DNA of 64,000 nucleotides from Candidatus Puniceispirillaceae bacterium (GTDB lineage: Bacteria; Pseudomonadota; Alphaproteobacteria; Puniceispirillales; Puniceispirillaceae): positions 3,597 to 67,596 of the forward strand of contig CBFHOS010000008.1 of assembly GCA_965657645.1 (NCBI GenBank). Reading direction: 5' to 3'. The notes beneath the pieces were generated by a model. That model did not search any database, had not been told where the DNA came from, and worked only from the letters and a program-made list of their open reading frames with translations. Position numbers and translations under genes: made by a program. Below, in pieces: positions 60,571 through 64,000 of the stretch. Within the stretch, counting starts at the first letter, position 1. The number at the start of each line of letters is the position of its first letter.

Positions 60571-60598
60571 TTGCATGGTGGTGAAAACCGTGTATGGT
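60571..60598 (+). promoter_or_regulatory. Candidate promoter of the rpsF-rpsR-rplI operon
   Basis: (C)TTGCAT (60571-60576), 16-nt spacer, TATGGT (60593-60598). It is followed by a leader of about 120 nt. Confidence 0.4.
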
Positions 60599-60718
60599 GC
60601 GCCTCAGTTATCGGGCTTTTAGACAGCGCGATGGCTATACATCTTTGACAATCCTTACCGGGAAACCGGTTAGTCCGCCGGAAAAGCCGCCGGACAAAGA
60701 GCCAGAAGGAGTTTTTTC

Positions 60719-61177
60719 ATGCGCTTGTATGAAAGTGTGTTTATTGCACGCCAAGACATTTCCACAACTCAGGTAGAAGCAATGGCAGACGAGTTTGCCG
60801 GGATCATTACTGCCGCAGGTGGAACAATCCATAAACGCGAATATTGGGGCCTACGTTCCCTAGCCTACCGGATCAAAAAGAACCGGAAGGGCCATTACAT
60901 CATGTTCAACATGGAAACCAACAGCGAAGCGCTAAAAGAATATGAGCGCATCATGGGTTTGAACGAAGACGTTCTTCGTTTCCTGAACATCCGCATTGAA
61001 GAGGTCGAGGAAGGCCCATCAATCATCATGCAGGCCAAGAGCGAGCGCCCAACACGCGGCCCACGCGATAGTGACGGCGATGATGCGCCAGCGCGTTCAT
61101 TCGACGCTGACACATCTGCTCCAGAAGCAGAAGCCGCCCCAGAGGCCACAACAGCAGACGAAAGCAGCGAGGGTTAA
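60719..61177 (+). CDS. rpsF: 30S ribosomal protein S6
   Basis: Starts MRLYESVFIARQD. AAGGAG RBS. Has an acidic C-terminal extension. Confidence 0.95.
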   Translation: MRLYESVFIARQDISTTQVEAMADEFAGIITAAGGTIHKREYWGLRSLAYRIKKNRKGHYIMFNMETNSEALKEYERIMGLNEDVLRFLNIRIEEVEEGPSIIMQAKSERPTRGPRDSDGDDAPARSFDADTSAPEAEAAPEATTADESSEG

Positions 61178-61180
61178 TCA

Positions 61181-61435
61181 ATGACACAACTTGAAATCAA
61201 ACGCGAAGCCGTTCGCAAGCCATTTAGCCGCCGTCGCAAATCTTGCCCATTCTCTGGGCCAAATGCGCCAGCAATCGATTACAAGGACACAAAGACCCTT
61301 GGCCGTTACACTTCCGAGCGTGGCAAAATCGTCCCTTCCCGCATTTCAGCCGTTTCTGCAAAGAAACAGCGTGAATTGGCAACTGCCATCAAGCGGTCAC
61401 GCTTCCTGGCTCTGATGCCTTACGTCACTTCGTAA
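61181..61435 (+). CDS. rpsR: 30S ribosomal protein S18
   Basis: 84 aa. Contains RRRKSCPF...IDYKD...GKI.PSR. Confidence 0.95.
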   Translation: MTQLEIKREAVRKPFSRRRKSCPFSGPNAPAIDYKDTKTLGRYTSERGKIVPSRISAVSAKKQRELATAIKRSRFLALMPYVTS

Positions 61436-61473
61436 GCCATCCAGACCAAAGCCAGATATAGGAGATTTATATT

Positions 61474-62124
61474 ATGCAAATCATTTTGCTAGAACGTGTC
61501 GAAAAACTTGGCCAGATGGGTGATCTTGTCACCGTAAAGCCGGGATTCGCCCGTAACTTCCTGCTTCCACAAGGCAAGGCACTTCGCGCCAACAAAGCCA
61601 ACATGGAGCGTTTTGAATCTGAGAAGAGCCAGCGCGAAGCTGACAACCTCAAGCTCAAATCAGAAGCCGAAGCCGAAGCAAAGAAGATGGACGGCCTTGC
61701 AGTTAGCATGGTTCGCGCCGCTTCTGAGATGGGCCAGCTGTTTGGATCTGTTACATCACGTGACATTTCTGACGCCGTTACCGAAGCCGGCTTCACCATT
61801 TCGCGCAGCCAGGTCATCATGGAAAAATCAATCAAGGCACTTGGCTTGACTGATACCCGTATTCGCCTTCATCCAGAAGTCACCGTGACAGTCATCGTGA
61901 ACGTTGCTCGTTCGCTTGACGAAGCAGAGACTCAGTTGAAGACAGGTGTTGCCGTCACTGGTGGCATTCAGGATGTCGAAGACGAAGTTGAAGAAGTTGC
62001 CGCCGCGCCAGCCGCCGCACCTGAGGCCGCCGCTAGCGAAGACGCTGGTGACGCCGCAGAAGACGCTTCTGATGATACAGATGCCGATAAGGGTGCCGAT
62101 AAAGATGCGGGTGAAGAGGCCTAG
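61474..62124 (+). CDS. rplI: 50S ribosomal protein L9
   Basis: Starts MQIILLERVEKLGQMGDLVTVKPGFARNFLLPQGKA. Has an Ala/Asp/Glu-rich C-terminal tail of about 60 aa. Confidence 0.95.
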   Translation: MQIILLERVEKLGQMGDLVTVKPGFARNFLLPQGKALRANKANMERFESEKSQREADNLKLKSEAEAEAKKMDGLAVSMVRAASEMGQLFGSVTSRDISDAVTEAGFTISRSQVIMEKSIKALGLTDTRIRLHPEVTVTVIVNVARSLDEAETQLKTGVAVTGGIQDVEDEVEEVAAAPAAAPEAAASEDAGDAAEDASDDTDADKGADKDAGEEA

Positions 62125-62171
62125 TTCTCCCTACCCCGCATACCATTTGGGTATCATTTAAGACTATTATG

Positions 62172-62199
62172 AAAAGCCGGGCCTTGGGTCCGGCTTTTT
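62172..62199 (+). terminator. Rho-independent terminator after rplI
   Basis: aaaAGCCGGgccttgggtCCGGCTtttt: a stem followed by a T-run. Confidence 0.7.
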
Positions 62200-62332
62200 G
62201 CTATGCGCCTTCCGAAACATCACCCCAAATTTCAAACAAAAAAAAGTTATCCCCAACCTCCTTAATGTTAACATGGGGGCATTGTCGGATAATTCGTTAA
62301 AGTAAAGGCTCGGGTAAGACCTGGGGGTGAAG

Positions 62333-63829
62333 ATGGCCGAAGAACAAGCGAATATTGAAAATTTTCCAACGAATCTAGCGGGTGGACCACGGCGTATTGT
62401 GCCGCATAACCTTCCTGCCGAACAAAATTTGCTTGGCGCGATTTTGTTGGATAACGACGTGATTGAGCGCATTGATGACCGGCTCCGCGCCGAACATTTC
62501 TATGATCCGCTCCATGGACGGATTTTCAATACAATGCTGCGCCTAATAGAGCGTGGCCAGCTTGCTAATCCGGTTACTCTCAAGAGCTTCTTTACCAATA
62601 ATGATGATTTTGCCGATGAAGGCGCCGAGGTCTATCTGGGCGAGCTAGCCGATGGTGTGATTTCCATTGCCCAAGCCCCCGATTATGCCCGCACCATCCA
62701 CGAGGCCCATCTGCGCCGTGAGTTGATCGGCGTTGGTGATGGCATTGTCCATGATGCCAGCCATCCCGATGTTGATGTTTCCGCCCAGACCCAGATTGAA
62801 ACAGCCGAAGCGCAATTGTTCCGCCTTGCCGAGACAGATGAAGCGGGATCAGGCTTGCGTAGCTTTGATTCTGTTGTCGCCGCGTCGGTTAATCAGGCCG
62901 ATATTGCGCGCAAGAGTGACGGTAATCTGTCGGGCAGTAGCACCGGACTAACCGACCTCAATAACCTTCTGGGTGGCTTGCACCGCTCTGATTTGATTAT
63001 TCTGGCGGGACGTCCGGCGATGGGAAAGACAGCCCTTGCCACCAATATGGCATTCCACTCGGCAACCACCACCAGAACAGGCGAAGTCGCCGCGCCCGTT
63101 GCGTTTTTCTCGCTGGAAATGGCGTCTGAACAGCTTGGCACGCGTATCTTGAGTGAGCGCGGCCAGATTGATTCAGAATCAATTCGCCGTGGTAAGCTCG
63201 AAAGTGATGAATTTGACCGGCTAATCACCGCCAGTACCGAAATTGGCTCGGCGCCATTCTTTATCGATGACACACCGTCCTTGTCGGTATCCCAGCTAGC
63301 AAGCCGGGCACGCCGCCTTAAACGCACATCCGGACTAGGCCTCATCGTTGTCGATTATCTCCAGCTCCTAACCCCCCAACTCGGTATTCGCGCAGAAAAC
63401 CGCGTTCAGGAAATCTCGAATATTAGCCGGACGCTAAAGGCCATCGCCAAAGAACTCGATGTGCCGGTTCTGGCCCTTTCCCAGCTATCCAGAGCCGTGG
63501 AACAGCGTGAAGACAAACGCCCCAACCTTGCTGACTTGCGCGAGTCAGGATCTATCGAGCAGGATGCCGATGTCGTGATGTTCGTGTATCGTGAAGAATA
63601 TTATCTTGGCAAGCGCGAGCCAGAGCGCGACATGCGCGAGACCGAAGAGCAGTTCAACGCAAAGAACGATGCTTATCTTGCAAAGCTACAAGCAGCCGAG
63701 AACAAAGCGGAAATCATTGTCGCCAAACAGCGGCATGGCCCAACCGGATCGGTCAATGTACATTTCGAAAAGCGCTTTACGCACTTTACCGATCTAAAGG
63801 AAAGCAGCCATCTTCCCGACGGATTCTAG
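62333..63829 (+). CDS. dnaB: Replicative DNA helicase DnaB
   Basis: Contains PHNLPAEQNLLGAILL and Walker A GRPAMGKTA. About 498 aa with no intein. The start could be ATG 62333 (after GGGGG) or GTG 62327. Confidence 0.95.
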   Translation: MAEEQANIENFPTNLAGGPRRIVPHNLPAEQNLLGAILLDNDVIERIDDRLRAEHFYDPLHGRIFNTMLRLIERGQLANPVTLKSFFTNNDDFADEGAEVYLGELADGVISIAQAPDYARTIHEAHLRRELIGVGDGIVHDASHPDVDVSAQTQIETAEAQLFRLAETDEAGSGLRSFDSVVAASVNQADIARKSDGNLSGSSTGLTDLNNLLGGLHRSDLIILAGRPAMGKTALATNMAFHSATTTRTGEVAAPVAFFSLEMASEQLGTRILSERGQIDSESIRRGKLESDEFDRLITASTEIGSAPFFIDDTPSLSVSQLASRARRLKRTSGLGLIVVDYLQLLTPQLGIRAENRVQEISNISRTLKAIAKELDVPVLALSQLSRAVEQREDKRPNLADLRESGSIEQDADVVMFVYREEYYLGKREPERDMRETEEQFNAKNDAYLAKLQAAENKAEIIVAKQRHGPTGSVNVHFEKRFTHFTDLKESSHLPDGF

Positions 63830-63877
63830 AGATCGTTCCGCGGATCTTGCAACCAATAAAAGATAGGTTGAGTCTCA

Positions 63878-64000
63878 GTGCAATTCACCAATTCTGACAC
63901 AATTGTAACGATTGACCTCGATGCCGTCATTGCAAACTGGCGTCATCTAGATGCGCTATCAAAGCCGCAATGCAAGACCAGTGCGGTGATTAAGGCCGAT
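63878..64000 (+). CDS. alr: Alanine racemase, N-terminal fragment (continues beyond the window)
   Basis: Manual translation: VQFTNSDTIVTIDLDAVIANWRHLDALSKPQCKTSAVIKAD. AV(I/V)KADAYG is the PLP-lysine motif region. dnaB-alr synteny is conserved. The start codon is uncertain. Confidence 0.7.
   Translation, partial: MQFTNSDTIVTIDLDAVIANWRHLDALSKPQCKTSAVIKAD

Noticed and set aside
62327-63829. Intein or insertion in dnaB
   Set aside because: The protein is about 500 aa with contiguous helicase motifs and no extra domain.

Overview
This window reads as a dense, mostly housekeeping chromosomal segment of an alphaproteobacterium with moderate GC. The taxonomic call is supported by hdaA, an EipB/DUF1849-like gene, a pyrB-pyrC' pair, divergent DUF2066-like/hdaA and purMN units, a pepA-holC-ndk run and a CTTGCA-type ribosomal promoter. 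About 65 protein genes are packed with many 1-4 nt start/stop overlaps (TAATG, ATGA).

Recognisable blocks:
- Entner-Doudoroff operon pgl-edd-eda
- gatCAB, then ruvX, pyrB-pyrC'-plsY, dprA-topA-rnr and rpmG
- rnd, hdaA and purMN
- ndk/holC/pepA, divergent from lptFG-surA-pdxA-rsmA
- gmk, then mltG-fabF-acpP-fabG-fabD
- rpsF-rpsR-rplI, then dnaB-alr

There is one tRNA-Ser(GCU). I saw no rRNA, CRISPR array, transposase, integrase, phage genes or recognisable defence genes.

The less ordinary content lies in the first ~17 kb:
1. A 1018-aa three-domain fusion (APH/hydroxylysine-kinase-like, M23 peptidase-like, AGXT2L-type class-III aminotransferase/phospho-lyase-like). It sits next to an alanine/glycine:cation symporter whose ribosome-binding site is buried in a 10-bp stem.
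2. A COG2907 FAD-oxidoreductase / DUF1365 / CFA-synthase-like operon with convergent SDR and SnoaL genes. This resembles the furan-fatty-acid (ufaD-ufaO) locus of Rhodobacter.
3. A stand-alone aromatic hydroxylase plus extradiol dioxygenase pair.
4. A TupBC-like ABC importer with no binding-protein gene.

Other oddities: a 29-bp unit copying the ruvX 3' end, repeated about 2.8 times just upstream of pyrB, and a dihydroorotase paralogue that has lost its HxH metal motif. Two small genes fall below the ORF-track cutoff (rpmG and a 43-aa membrane peptide).

I found no convincing evidence for a wholly new multi-gene system. The kinase-M23-phospholyase fusion locus and the ufa-like lipid cluster are the best candidates for follow-up. 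All family assignments come from motif recognition by eye and need HMM or BLAST confirmation.
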